Of a DNA stretch of 64,000 nt, positions 11,001-19,378 are shown piece by piece (the first letter of the stretch is position 1; each line of letters starts with the position of its first letter). The notes under the pieces were generated by a model, which searched no databases, was not told the origin of the DNA, and saw only the letters and a program-made list of their open reading frames with translations. A program made the translations under genes and the position numbers. The stretch is taken from assembly GCA_965372795.1 (NCBI GenBank), contig CBDVDR010000014.1, positions 1 through 64,000 on the forward strand, read 5' to 3'. Source of the stretch: an uncultured bacterium. GTDB lineage: Bacteria > Zixibacteria > MSB-5A5 > GN15 > FEB-12.

Positions 11001-11194
11001 CCTATCGTCAGATTCTTGATATTAACCCAACCCAGAAGGCGATAATATTGTCAGGATTTTCAGAAACGGATCGGGTTCTCGAAGCTCAAAAATTAGGAGC
11101 CGGGGTTTTTGTTAGAAAGCCGGTTACTAAAGAAGTTATTGCTAAAGCTGTAAGAACCGAGCTTGATCGAAAGGGTAAAAACATTAATTGCTAA
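8015..11194 (+). CDS. Hybrid sensor histidine kinase (2 TM, CHASE/Cache-like periplasmic domain, 3 PAS, HisKA, HATPase, REC)
   Basis: VAHDFNN H-box, NLLSNA N-box, DTGCGI, FDPFF, GSGLGL, and a receiver domain (ILIVDDD..LDMVMP..KP). Confidence 0.95.
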   Translation: MINRKNSNKLIHKKEWQVPALFASAAMVVLIVLAFISLRNDEADSSSSLDNAVTQISDNIHHHLQNKVDYLKLLADDMSSNILDEPLFHHRITQLVEDHPYLINVTWSDEDYVIRWTAPFEPNKQIIGLTLSLPESKKASREATASKRPVWTNPFQIIQGHTAIEVYVPVFRDNKFVGTFGGIHSIKSLLQHSIPHNFKDDYYIAISDSEGRQYSVNPNTRVINEDLIRSSQINLHGSQIFLEVSAYEDGIHWSLLILVFICIILIIGMTLSLWSLRKQLVERKLAEEKINEANYFKESLLNASPDIIYIYDLELNKNVYSNEGIIKILGYSVKEIQDLGNKVVQQLMHPDDFQIYLLEIFPLYKKLKPGEILQHKYRMKSKKGQWHTLLSKERIFKQNPDQSAKQIFGVITDITDQKKAEEALQASEERFRTQMIQSPLVMEIYDLDGLQIEVNKAYENLWGFPASTSVNKFNVLKSKEVEETGLIVYVKQAYAGEAVTVPEYVFDPTGETESGGFGRVRWLSTRIYPLKDSNGKVLSIVITHEDITDRKVAEEELAKEVKLSDAIINSLPGMFYLYDDKGAFIRWNKNHETTTGYTAVELSKMSMLDWFKEDDKKTFSDAVNKIYESGEARIQISPLFKNGLAGLHEFTAHHLEIGNQTYLIGIAMDISEVVRLQELESRAKRLESAGQIAGQVAHDFNNMLAPLMAYPDFIRDELPKNHPALTYLDDIENSAKKIAEINQQLLTLGRRGHYNQHPLNLNTIILQAVRELNPLPDSLSIETVLDQNLLHFNGGASQIHRILLNLLSNAIEAVQDNGRIIIKTENQYVDEVSIAYGRVPKGEFIKLTVTDTGCGIPDENLQYIFDPFFTSKTTDKKRGSGLGLSVVDAVIKDHHGYLDLTTEVGKGTSFYLYFPITRNFEETTNPEKASTGTETILIVDDDDIQRDVSTQLLEKLGYKVNSVESGKKAIEFLRENPHDIIVLDMVMPGGIDGAETYRQILDINPTQKAIILSGFSETDRVLEAQKLGAGVFVRKPVTKEVIAKAVRTELDRKGKNINC

Positions 11195-11222
11195 ATATCA
11201 TTATCAACTTTGACAATTCAAA

Positions 11223-13883
11223 CTAATCAATATCAAATTCTTCCAGCCAATTCTGAACGATAATAATATTATCTTTGGATTTCACATTAAGCGGAATATT
11301 CATAAGGATTCGCTGGCCGTCGTTTGAGACACAGTATCTGGCACCAATGATACTTCCGGCATAATTCATGGTTTTGTTAAAGAGTTTATTAGGTTGTCCA
11401 ATTTCAAATTTATCAGTTGAAATATTTACCTCAACTGACATAAAATCGTTTCGGCTAATATAAAAGATCTCTTTATTATCAGCCCTCCATGAAGGTCGAA
11501 ACCCACTCTCATTTGATATTTGCCATCGCCCGCCATCGCCGCCAAGTTCACTGACATATATTTCATTTATTCCTGATTCATTTGACATGTATAAAATATA
11601 TTTTCCGTTATTTGAGACGGTACCAACAACTTCTCTATATTGTGAATTTATAACCGGTGTTATAGATTTATCAGCAAGATCATATCTCATAATATCAAGA
11701 TTATTTTCCATTATTAATAAATACAGGATACTGTCACTAAACCAATGTGAAGGTCCATTGATAAGCGAGTCAAGATTGTCAAGTGAATGAATCACTCCCT
11801 GACCATCTGCCCGTTTATATTTTGTTCTAAAGGTACCATCCCCTGTTTCAGAATAAGCGATATATTTTCCATCCGGCGACCAGAGTGGTACAACATTATC
11901 AGGCTTGTCAAAAGTAAGCCGGGAGACTAAGTTTCTATTAAAATCTCTTATCCAGAGATCCTCATTTGATCCTTGTTGATCATATAATCCAAAAACAAGT
12001 TTAGAATTATCGGGAGAAAGGACAATGTCACGATAGGCATCTTGTTTCCCGACTTTTTCAATTTCCAACCCATTTCGGTCATACCAAATAAGTTCTGACT
12101 GATTTGAGGTTGAGGTGTATTGATATAGAAGAACTCCGTTGTCAGAAGTGCCGAAGGTAGAAGCATTGCCGGATTGATCGATTCCCTGAGCAATCGGGAT
12201 TGGTTCGCCAATAAGTTGAAATTTAATTTCATCAAATTTTTGAGCCAGCAGAAGTTTATCTTTAATAAAAAGCAGATATCCCTGTTTACAGAATTCAACT
12301 CTCGAATCCAGCAAACGCATCTCTTTTTCTTCAAAGATCAATGTCGATTCATCGGATTCAATTGATCCGACTCTTAATTCTGAGCCGCTTTTGGTATAGA
12401 GCGTGTATAGGAAATGAATACCATCTGATAAAAACCAGGGCCAGGCAGTTGATCGTTCACCATTGGCGGTATCTATCGGAGTTGCATATTGGGGAGTACC
12501 ACCCGAAGCAGAAACATACTTTAGGGTATCAGTTGATTGGCCATCAAACAGAATATAACCTTTGGTTCCCCAGTTTCCATCAGCGCCGTTAGTTTCACAG
12601 AGAAGTTGCGCCGGACCTCCGGCAACAGGAATTTTGTAAAGTTGATTGGATTTAAAAAAAGCAATGAATTTTGAATCAGGCGACCAGAATTGTCGGGCAA
12701 TATTTTCTGTCCCTCTCAATGGGTATGGTTCAAGTGAATTTAAAGGACGGATCCAAAGCATCGTAACCCCAAGGGTGTCAGTAGCGCGAAAGGCAATCAA
12801 CCGGCCATCAGGAGAAATACGGGACCAGTTTACAGAGCGAATTTCAGGAGTCTCCATTGACGGAGATAAGGAAAATCTGTTAGTATAAATTTTCTCTTTG
12901 GGTTGCATGAAAAGCATATAACTTAAAATCAAGGAAATCATAATAGCAACGGCACCGACAATTCGTGCAATTGTAAATTTGAATTTTCTTTTTTTGGCAA
13001 GATGCATTGGCAGTCCGACCTGGGAACCAGCCTGTGATATCCAGCGCAATTCATCGCATAAATCAGAAATTGACTGCCATCTTTTATCCGGGTCCTTTGA
13101 TAGACATTTTTTTACCAGCCGTTCAAAGAGCGGCGGAGTGATGGGTACCATTGATGAGATTGAAACCGGCTCTCTTTCAATAATAGCCGCAATCAAAGTT
13201 GCCTGTGAACTTCCTTCAAAAGCCCGTTTACCAGTAATCATTTCATACAGCAGGGCTCCAAAGGAAAAGATATCACTTCGAACATCAGCTTCTTTACCTT
13301 CCAATTGCTCGGGTGCCATATACTGCATGGTTCCAAGAATTGTTCCAACACCGGTCAAGGGAGTGGTCATTGTTAGATTAGAAACATTTTTATTCTGAGC
13401 GGAATCAATGGTTAGTTTTGCTAAACCGAAATCCAATAGTTTTGCTCCGTCTTTGGTCAACATAACATTTCCCGGTTTGAGATCACGATGGACCAAGCCC
13501 TGGCGGTGAGCAGACTCTAACGCAGTTGAAATTTGAATGGCAATCTGAAGAACCTCATCATAAGCTATCGGACCTTTTTCCAAACGCTCTGACAATGTAT
13601 CTCCTTCGAGATATTCCATGACCAGATAATCAAGCCCATCTTCGTTACCAACATCATGAAGAATACAAATATTGGGATGGTTGAGACTTGAGATAGTTTT
13701 AGCTTCCCGTTCGAATCGAAGTTTTAGATCCGGATTTGCCGCAACAGCAGGAGGAAGAACTTTTATTGCAACAATACGGTCAAGGCGGGTATCTTTAGCC
13801 TTGAAAACTTCACCCATCCCTCCGGCTCCGGCTTTTTCAATAATTTCATATGGTCCCAATATTTTTCCGGGAGCTAACGGCAT
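11223..13883 (-). CDS. Membrane Ser/Thr protein kinase with PD40/TolB-like propellers, paralog of 1224..3887
   Basis: Same kinase motifs (GAGGMGEV, HRDLKPGN, DFG, GTMQYMAPEQLEG), a TM segment and SPDG repeats. Confidence 0.95.
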   Translation of the reverse strand: MPLAPGKILGPYEIIEKAGAGGMGEVFKAKDTRLDRIVAIKVLPPAVAANPDLKLRFEREAKTISSLNHPNICILHDVGNEDGLDYLVMEYLEGDTLSERLEKGPIAYDEVLQIAIQISTALESAHRQGLVHRDLKPGNVMLTKDGAKLLDFGLAKLTIDSAQNKNVSNLTMTTPLTGVGTILGTMQYMAPEQLEGKEADVRSDIFSFGALLYEMITGKRAFEGSSQATLIAAIIEREPVSISSMVPITPPLFERLVKKCLSKDPDKRWQSISDLCDELRWISQAGSQVGLPMHLAKKRKFKFTIARIVGAVAIMISLILSYMLFMQPKEKIYTNRFSLSPSMETPEIRSVNWSRISPDGRLIAFRATDTLGVTMLWIRPLNSLEPYPLRGTENIARQFWSPDSKFIAFFKSNQLYKIPVAGGPAQLLCETNGADGNWGTKGYILFDGQSTDTLKYVSASGGTPQYATPIDTANGERSTAWPWFLSDGIHFLYTLYTKSGSELRVGSIESDESTLIFEEKEMRLLDSRVEFCKQGYLLFIKDKLLLAQKFDEIKFQLIGEPIPIAQGIDQSGNASTFGTSDNGVLLYQYTSTSNQSELIWYDRNGLEIEKVGKQDAYRDIVLSPDNSKLVFGLYDQQGSNEDLWIRDFNRNLVSRLTFDKPDNVVPLWSPDGKYIAYSETGDGTFRTKYKRADGQGVIHSLDNLDSLINGPSHWFSDSILYLLIMENNLDIMRYDLADKSITPVINSQYREVVGTVSNNGKYILYMSNESGINEIYVSELGGDGGRWQISNESGFRPSWRADNKEIFYISRNDFMSVEVNISTDKFEIGQPNKLFNKTMNYAGSIIGARYCVSNDGQRILMNIPLNVKSKDNIIIVQNWLEEFDID

Positions 13884-13933
13884 TTTATACTCCGAATTTA
13901 ATAGGATTATACTTGAGTTTGTTTACCAACCCA

Positions 13934-13964
13934 TATTATAGGTCTACACAATCTATAATGCAAG
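13934..13964 (-). promoter_or_regulatory. sigma70-type promoter TTGCAT-N17-TATAAT of kinase 2
   Basis: Near-identical copy of 3933-3963. Confidence 0.8.
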
Positions 13965-14057
13965 AGGTATTATTTCATTATAATTCGTAAACATTTTGGG
14001 GATATAATGTTACAAGTTTCACAAACAAGGCAATTTCTCAAAAGGAGAAGAATCATC

Positions 14058-14085
14058 TTGACAAAATTGGGATTTCAATTATAAT
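14058..14085 (+). promoter_or_regulatory. Consensus sigma70 promoter TTGACA-N16-TATAAT
   Basis: Perfect hexamers about 170 bp upstream of the CDS at 14258. Confidence 0.7.
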
Positions 14086-14257
14086 TTACTGTTCACGCAT
14101 TATAGACAATATTGGTACATAATAGTATTTACTTGGGTTTTCAATAACTTCAAAAGATCAAAATTGGTTGAACAATTTTATGTTTTTATTGTTATGGAAT
14201 TCAAACCACCAAAAATGCAATTCGATAATTATAGATTAAAATTAATTGGAGTCTTAA

Positions 14258-16342
14258 ATGAAGCTCAAAAAAACTAATAATAATCCAACAACGATATTGT
14301 CAGGTTTCTTAGCGGTCTTTATACTCATAGGTTTTTTCACAGCCCAATCAGCTTTTGCAGGATTTGATTACATGTTTTTTTCAATCAACGGTGACTCAAC
14401 AGTTACTTCAATGACCCAGGGCGATGAATTGTTTTGGGGTTCTAACTGTGATATAGGAGCTACCATAAATTGGGAGATTTGGTATGATATTAATTCAAGC
14501 TCAACTATCGACCCATCGCTTGATTTTTTGTTAGCATCTGAGAATATAACTGATGGGAATCCAATCACTGAAGCAGATCCAATTTTGGATGGCTGGGCGA
14601 TAATGGGAGCTTTTAATCTTGTAGCAGAACCGGGGAATTATATTTTTCGGGCTAAAGATATAGCTACCAATAGTACCTTGCAGAAAGTACTAACTATGCT
14701 TCCTATGCCTTCCCCCCCCAATCAAATAACCGGTCAAATATCAATTCCCGGTTTTCCGGCACCTAACAGTTTTCTTGCGAATCGATTTATAAATGCCGAG
14801 TCTGAGTCCGGTGATGAAGGCGCATTTTTGGCAACAACAGATATTAATGGATTCTATTCAATCAATATTGGCAATAATAGTTTTGGGGTTGAATTTTTTA
14901 TAGAACCACAAGTAGTTCCCGGGTTTGTATCATCCGAATATATTTCTGCTATCGTTTCCGGAGTTGTTGGTGGTAATGATTTTGTGTACACAGCTGCAAC
15001 CGATTCGGTGTGGGGCTTTGTAAAAGATAATTTTGGGACTCTGATAAATTTTGAAGGAGCAGTTTTTTCAATTGAACAAGAATTTGATATTGAAAAATTT
15101 GCAACGACACATAATGGTAGATACGTCATTTATTTCTCAGACTTAGACAAAGGTGACTGGGTATTAGAAGCCGATGATTTCATTTATAATCCAACCTATT
15201 TAGCCACCGAACAATTTAGCTTTAACCACGACACTTTAGGCAGTTTCCAACATGACATTATACTAACTAAAACCGATGCTGAGATTTACGTAAGAGTTAC
15301 TGAAAATGACGGGTTACCGATTAATAATTATAATATAAATGCATATTCATTTGCACTGTCTGGATGGACAAATGCAATATCAGGAGTCGGTATGGATAAT
15401 ATTGCAACCTTGCATGTATCTTCATTGGATAATTCCGGCTGGTCTATATCAATTGATAAATATAATGAAGATTTCCAAATGCCTCTCGGGTTAATAGTTT
15501 TAAATAATTACATTCCTAATGTTTCACCGGGTGAAACGGTAACCCTTGAGATAATTGAAGGTCAACTGATCGCAGGAACTATTGCACAAGACCCTGAGGA
15601 CAGCCCTATTTTCTGGGAAGATGTTATTGTTAATGCTTCAAATTTTGGATTTTTGGGAAATTATAACTTCGATGCAAGAGTTGGCGACGCTGGTAACTAT
15701 TCTTTGTACACAGATACTGGCTTATATTCTCTTAGTGTTTATGCTGAAGGTTATGTTACAGATCCAGCCTGGAGATCCATTGACGTAATCGGTGACACAA
15801 CCGGCAGCGGGCTTGGATTCACCATCAATGAAACTCATTTTACTCTCAGTGGAACTCTTGTAGATGTACCCCTGCCGCTGGATGACCCTTTTTATCAAGT
15901 AATTGCCAGAACAGGGACTAACGGCACCGATGGGTATTATGTTGCTGCTAATGTTGACGAATTTACCGGAACTTATTCAATGTCCTTATCTGATGGTATT
16001 TGGACAATTACTCCACCCTGTTGTTTTAATGGTGAGCAAGCTCCAGATACAATAATTACAATTGGAGAAATCCCCGACATTGCAAGAGTTGTCGATTTTG
16101 TTTATACCACGAATGAAGGTTGCTGTTTAACCCCCGGAGATGCCAATCATGATGGAACTGTTGATATTGTTGATTTAACTGATTTTGTAGCTTATATGTT
16201 TAATGGCGGTCAACCGCCCGTTTGCTTTGAAGAATTTGACAATGATGGCACTTGTGAAGATGGAATTGTGAATTTGACTTATTTTATCGACTGGATGTTT
16301 GGTGGCGGACCTGCTCCGGTAGATTGTCACATATGTCCGTAA
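14258..16342 (+). CDS. Secreted acidic beta-sandwich (carboxypeptidase-regulatory-like) repeat protein with C-terminal dockerin-like domain
   Basis: Signal peptide ending SAFA; repeated GxYS strands; C-terminus CCLTPGDANHDGTVDIVDLTDFVAYMF..NLTYFIDWMFGGGPAPVDCHICP. Confidence 0.8.
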   Translation: MKLKKTNNNPTTILSGFLAVFILIGFFTAQSAFAGFDYMFFSINGDSTVTSMTQGDELFWGSNCDIGATINWEIWYDINSSSTIDPSLDFLLASENITDGNPITEADPILDGWAIMGAFNLVAEPGNYIFRAKDIATNSTLQKVLTMLPMPSPPNQITGQISIPGFPAPNSFLANRFINAESESGDEGAFLATTDINGFYSINIGNNSFGVEFFIEPQVVPGFVSSEYISAIVSGVVGGNDFVYTAATDSVWGFVKDNFGTLINFEGAVFSIEQEFDIEKFATTHNGRYVIYFSDLDKGDWVLEADDFIYNPTYLATEQFSFNHDTLGSFQHDIILTKTDAEIYVRVTENDGLPINNYNINAYSFALSGWTNAISGVGMDNIATLHVSSLDNSGWSISIDKYNEDFQMPLGLIVLNNYIPNVSPGETVTLEIIEGQLIAGTIAQDPEDSPIFWEDVIVNASNFGFLGNYNFDARVGDAGNYSLYTDTGLYSLSVYAEGYVTDPAWRSIDVIGDTTGSGLGFTINETHFTLSGTLVDVPLPLDDPFYQVIARTGTNGTDGYYVAANVDEFTGTYSMSLSDGIWTITPPCCFNGEQAPDTIITIGEIPDIARVVDFVYTTNEGCCLTPGDANHDGTVDIVDLTDFVAYMFNGGQPPVCFEEFDNDGTCEDGIVNLTYFIDWMFGGGPAPVDCHICP

Positions 16343-16363
16343 AATAATTATTCAGATCAAAAT

Positions 16364-16398
16364 AAAAAAAGCCCCGATAGATATCAGGGCTTTTTTTT
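16364..16398. terminator. Bidirectional intrinsic terminator
   Basis: A7-GCCCCGAT..ATCAGGGC-T8 between convergent genes. Confidence 0.8.
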
Positions 16399-16407
16399 AA
16401 CTAATAA

Positions 16408-17832
16408 TTAAACTTTAGGAGAAATATTTTGATTCATTCGGAATAAATTGTTTGGATCATATTTCTTTTTAACTTTTACAAGTCGGTCATAACTTGTTCC
16501 AAAGGCAGCTCCGACACGATCGGATTCATCGGCAGTCATAAAGTTGATATAAACACCACCGGTTGCGAACGGTTCAGAGGCTTTAAAAAAGTCACGTGCC
16601 CAGCCTATACACTTATCATCATCGGAAGCATCATCCCACCTGCCATGTACATTCAAAACAAAATTAGCATCGCGATGATTGTAGGCCGTACTATCTGAAT
16701 CTATCCGGCTTACTTCCCCACCAAGTGAAGCAAAGAATATTTCACACTGTGGTGAAGGAAGATCACCAGCATATTTAACTATTTCGTCTAATAACCCATC
16801 CTGCAGTTCCATAAAGTTGTGAGATTTCCAATAATTTCTTGCACCCGGAGTAAGCAGCGGATCGAATGCTTGCTGCCAATTTTTAAAAGGCTGGACCCCA
16901 AGATGTTCGCCGATCACGTTTCCAAAACTTCGAACCGGTTTAAGAATTTCTTCACCTTCTTGAGGATCACCGATATGACAGATTGCCAGGACCAGAACAT
17001 TTGTACCATGGACATTTTCCGGAAGAAAAGGAAGCGGAGGAGCCTCGCGTAAAACTGCCCATACACTGGTTTCATCGCCAAGGTTTGCAACAAATTCACG
17101 ATATTTCATTAGAACGGACTTAGCCTCATCTTGTGAGAAAACTATCAAACCGCTAAGAACTTCCGGACCGATTGGATAAATCTCAAATTCAAAACGGGTG
17201 ACGATTCCAAAGTTTCCTCCTCCTCCACGAATCGCCCAGAACAGATCGGGATTATCATTTTCGCTGGCATGGACAAGATTTCCATCAGCCGTGACTACAT
17301 CAGCAGAGCGAAGGGCATCAATAGTCATACCATGTTTTCGTGATATCCATCCAAAGCCGCCGCCAAGTGTTAGTCCGGAAATACCGGTAGTAGAATTAAT
17401 ACCCGTTGGTACCGCAAACCCAAAAGCCTGGGTTTCATGGTCAATATCTCCCAGAGTTGCACCGGGTCCGACATGAGCCCGCTTTGTATCCAAGTCAACC
17501 CGTACATCAGACATTTGTGATAAATCAATCATCAAGCCGCCATCACATACAGCATTCCCGGCAATGTTGTGTCCTCCTCCATGAATCGACACCAGAAAAT
17601 TTTGTTCAGCGGCAAATTTAACAGCAATAATTACATCGGCAACGCCTTTACACCTAATTATAATTGCCGGCTTCCGATCGATCATAGCATTCCAGATTGT
17701 ACGCGCCTCATCGTAGTCTTTATCAACGGGAAGCAAAAGCTCACCTCTTAGGGATTCTTTAAGATTTTCTATTATAGCGCTGTCAATCGTTTTGACACCG
17801 CTATCAGACAGGTTGACATTGATATTTGTCAT
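16408..17832 (-). CDS. FAD-linked oxidoreductase (berberine bridge enzyme / 6-hydroxy-D-nicotine oxidase-like)
   Basis: GGGHN covalent-FAD motif, GLTLGGGFG, DLFWAIRGGGGNFGIVT, KKKYDPNNLF BBE tail. Confidence 0.92.
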   Translation of the reverse strand: MTNINVNLSDSGVKTIDSAIIENLKESLRGELLLPVDKDYDEARTIWNAMIDRKPAIIIRCKGVADVIIAVKFAAEQNFLVSIHGGGHNIAGNAVCDGGLMIDLSQMSDVRVDLDTKRAHVGPGATLGDIDHETQAFGFAVPTGINSTTGISGLTLGGGFGWISRKHGMTIDALRSADVVTADGNLVHASENDNPDLFWAIRGGGGNFGIVTRFEFEIYPIGPEVLSGLIVFSQDEAKSVLMKYREFVANLGDETSVWAVLREAPPLPFLPENVHGTNVLVLAICHIGDPQEGEEILKPVRSFGNVIGEHLGVQPFKNWQQAFDPLLTPGARNYWKSHNFMELQDGLLDEIVKYAGDLPSPQCEIFFASLGGEVSRIDSDSTAYNHRDANFVLNVHGRWDDASDDDKCIGWARDFFKASEPFATGGVYINFMTADESDRVGAAFGTSYDRLVKVKKKYDPNNLFRMNQNISPKV

Positions 17833-18165
17833 ATTTTATTCCTCATGTATAAAGACTTATAGATAATTATGGAGTCATTTCGTCCATATATTAAAACTAA
17901 TTATAGCAAGGTACAGAAAACATGTCAAGTTATATTTATGGATCATGATTACCCATCATACAACTACGACAGGTACTGTTAATTCGTTGTATTGCTATGC
18001 TTAACAAGCCTTTAATAAATCAAGGAATTTTAATACTCTATCTCATTTTATCTAAAAACAAATTTATAATATTTTATTTAAAGTGAATTTTTTATTGATA
18101 ATAAAAATTTAAACTAATATTTTTTTATAAATCAATTCCAAAAAAATTAATAGAAGGAGAAAGCT

Positions 18166-18699
18166 GTGTATTTTTCCAAAATTAAACCTTATACGATAAT
18201 TTTAATCGTACTACTTTTCATGGGTGGATGTTCTGAAAATAGCAACCTTGCAAAAATGGAAAATGATAATATCGCAACCATTCGTTATATCCATTCTGAA
18301 ATGGCTAAAGGAAACATGGAAGTTTTTGATGAAGTCCTGACTTCAAATTATGTAAGACACTGTCAGGCAATGCCTCCAGAATTTCAGGAAATGCATGGGA
18401 GTGAACAATTAAAAGCATTTGTTGGAGACTTCATCTCAGCTGTTTCAGATTTCAGTGAGACCATTGATGTTATAGTAGCAGATAGTGATAAAGTCGCCTA
18501 TGTAACAACTATGACAGCAACACAAACCGGTCCAATGGGCGGACTTCCCGCTTCCGGCAAAGAATTTACCTGTGTTAACATTATTATTCAACGCTTTGAA
18601 GAGGGTAAAATCGCTGAAACATGGGTAACCTGGGACAATGTGGCAATGTTATCACAGCTCGGCTTCTTCCCCCCTCCCTCAGCTAAAAGCCAACCATAA
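18166..18699 (+). CDS. SnoaL-like ester cyclase family protein, probable lipoprotein
   Basis: MGGC lipobox; GLPASGK, RFEEGKIAETWVTWD..MLSQLG. Confidence 0.85.
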   Translation: MYFSKIKPYTIILIVLLFMGGCSENSNLAKMENDNIATIRYIHSEMAKGNMEVFDEVLTSNYVRHCQAMPPEFQEMHGSEQLKAFVGDFISAVSDFSETIDVIVADSDKVAYVTTMTATQTGPMGGLPASGKEFTCVNIIIQRFEEGKIAETWVTWDNVAMLSQLGFFPPPSAKSQP

Positions 18700-18869
18700 A
18701 AGTAAGAAAGTGGATCTCATTTGATAGATGCAGGATCGAATAAATTGGGCATAATCTCGTACGTTCTGCTATCAGATTTAGATTGACTAATTAGGGCATT
18801 AAAAGTTATATATTAATATTATAACAAGTTAAATTAAGACATTTGAATTTTTGATATGGAATATTAAAA

Positions 18870-19361
18870 TTGCATTTGATTAATAAAACTATTGATGTAG
18901 ATACCGGCGAATATTATGTATCAACTGAGCCAGTTATTTTACGATCAATTGCCCTTGGATCATGTGTTGCTTTCCTAGTTTACGATAGAACCAGGAAAAT
19001 AGGCGGATTAGCGCATATAATGCTTCCGGGTAAGGCACCCACTACTAATAAAACTACAAAATATGCCGAAAATTCTATAGACATATTACTTGAAACTGTT
19101 CAACATTTAGGGGCATCTATTAATGATTTGGAAATCTTTGTTGTTGGCGGAGCCAATATACTTCAAGATGGAGATATTCCTGATAAAATAATAGATTCCG
19201 TTTTGGGATATATAGTGAAATTAAATTTGGAAATTAAATATATGCGAGTTGGTGGAATTCAACGGCGATCTGTTTTATTGGATGTAACATCAGGTCAAGT
19301 GTTCTTCACCGAAGGAAATAATACTACCAAAATATTACTTCAGAAAAATGAAAGAATTTAG
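18870..19361 (+). CDS. cheD: Chemoreceptor glutamine deamidase CheD
   Basis: GEY..LGSCVA (catalytic Cys), GGLAHIMLP (catalytic His), KYAE, GGAN, VGG..RSV. Confidence 0.9.
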   Translation: MHLINKTIDVDTGEYYVSTEPVILRSIALGSCVAFLVYDRTRKIGGLAHIMLPGKAPTTNKTTKYAENSIDILLETVQHLGASINDLEIFVVGGANILQDGDIPDKIIDSVLGYIVKLNLEIKYMRVGGIQRRSVLLDVTSGQVFFTEGNNTTKILLQKNERI

Positions 19362-19378
19362 TTGTTCGGAAACAATAT

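Noticed and set aside
16325..16339. Terminal CHIC (and CHVC in 61872..62456) as heme-binding sites
   Set aside because: The order is C-H-x-C, not CxxCH; more likely disulfide or metal ligands of the dockerin-like tag.
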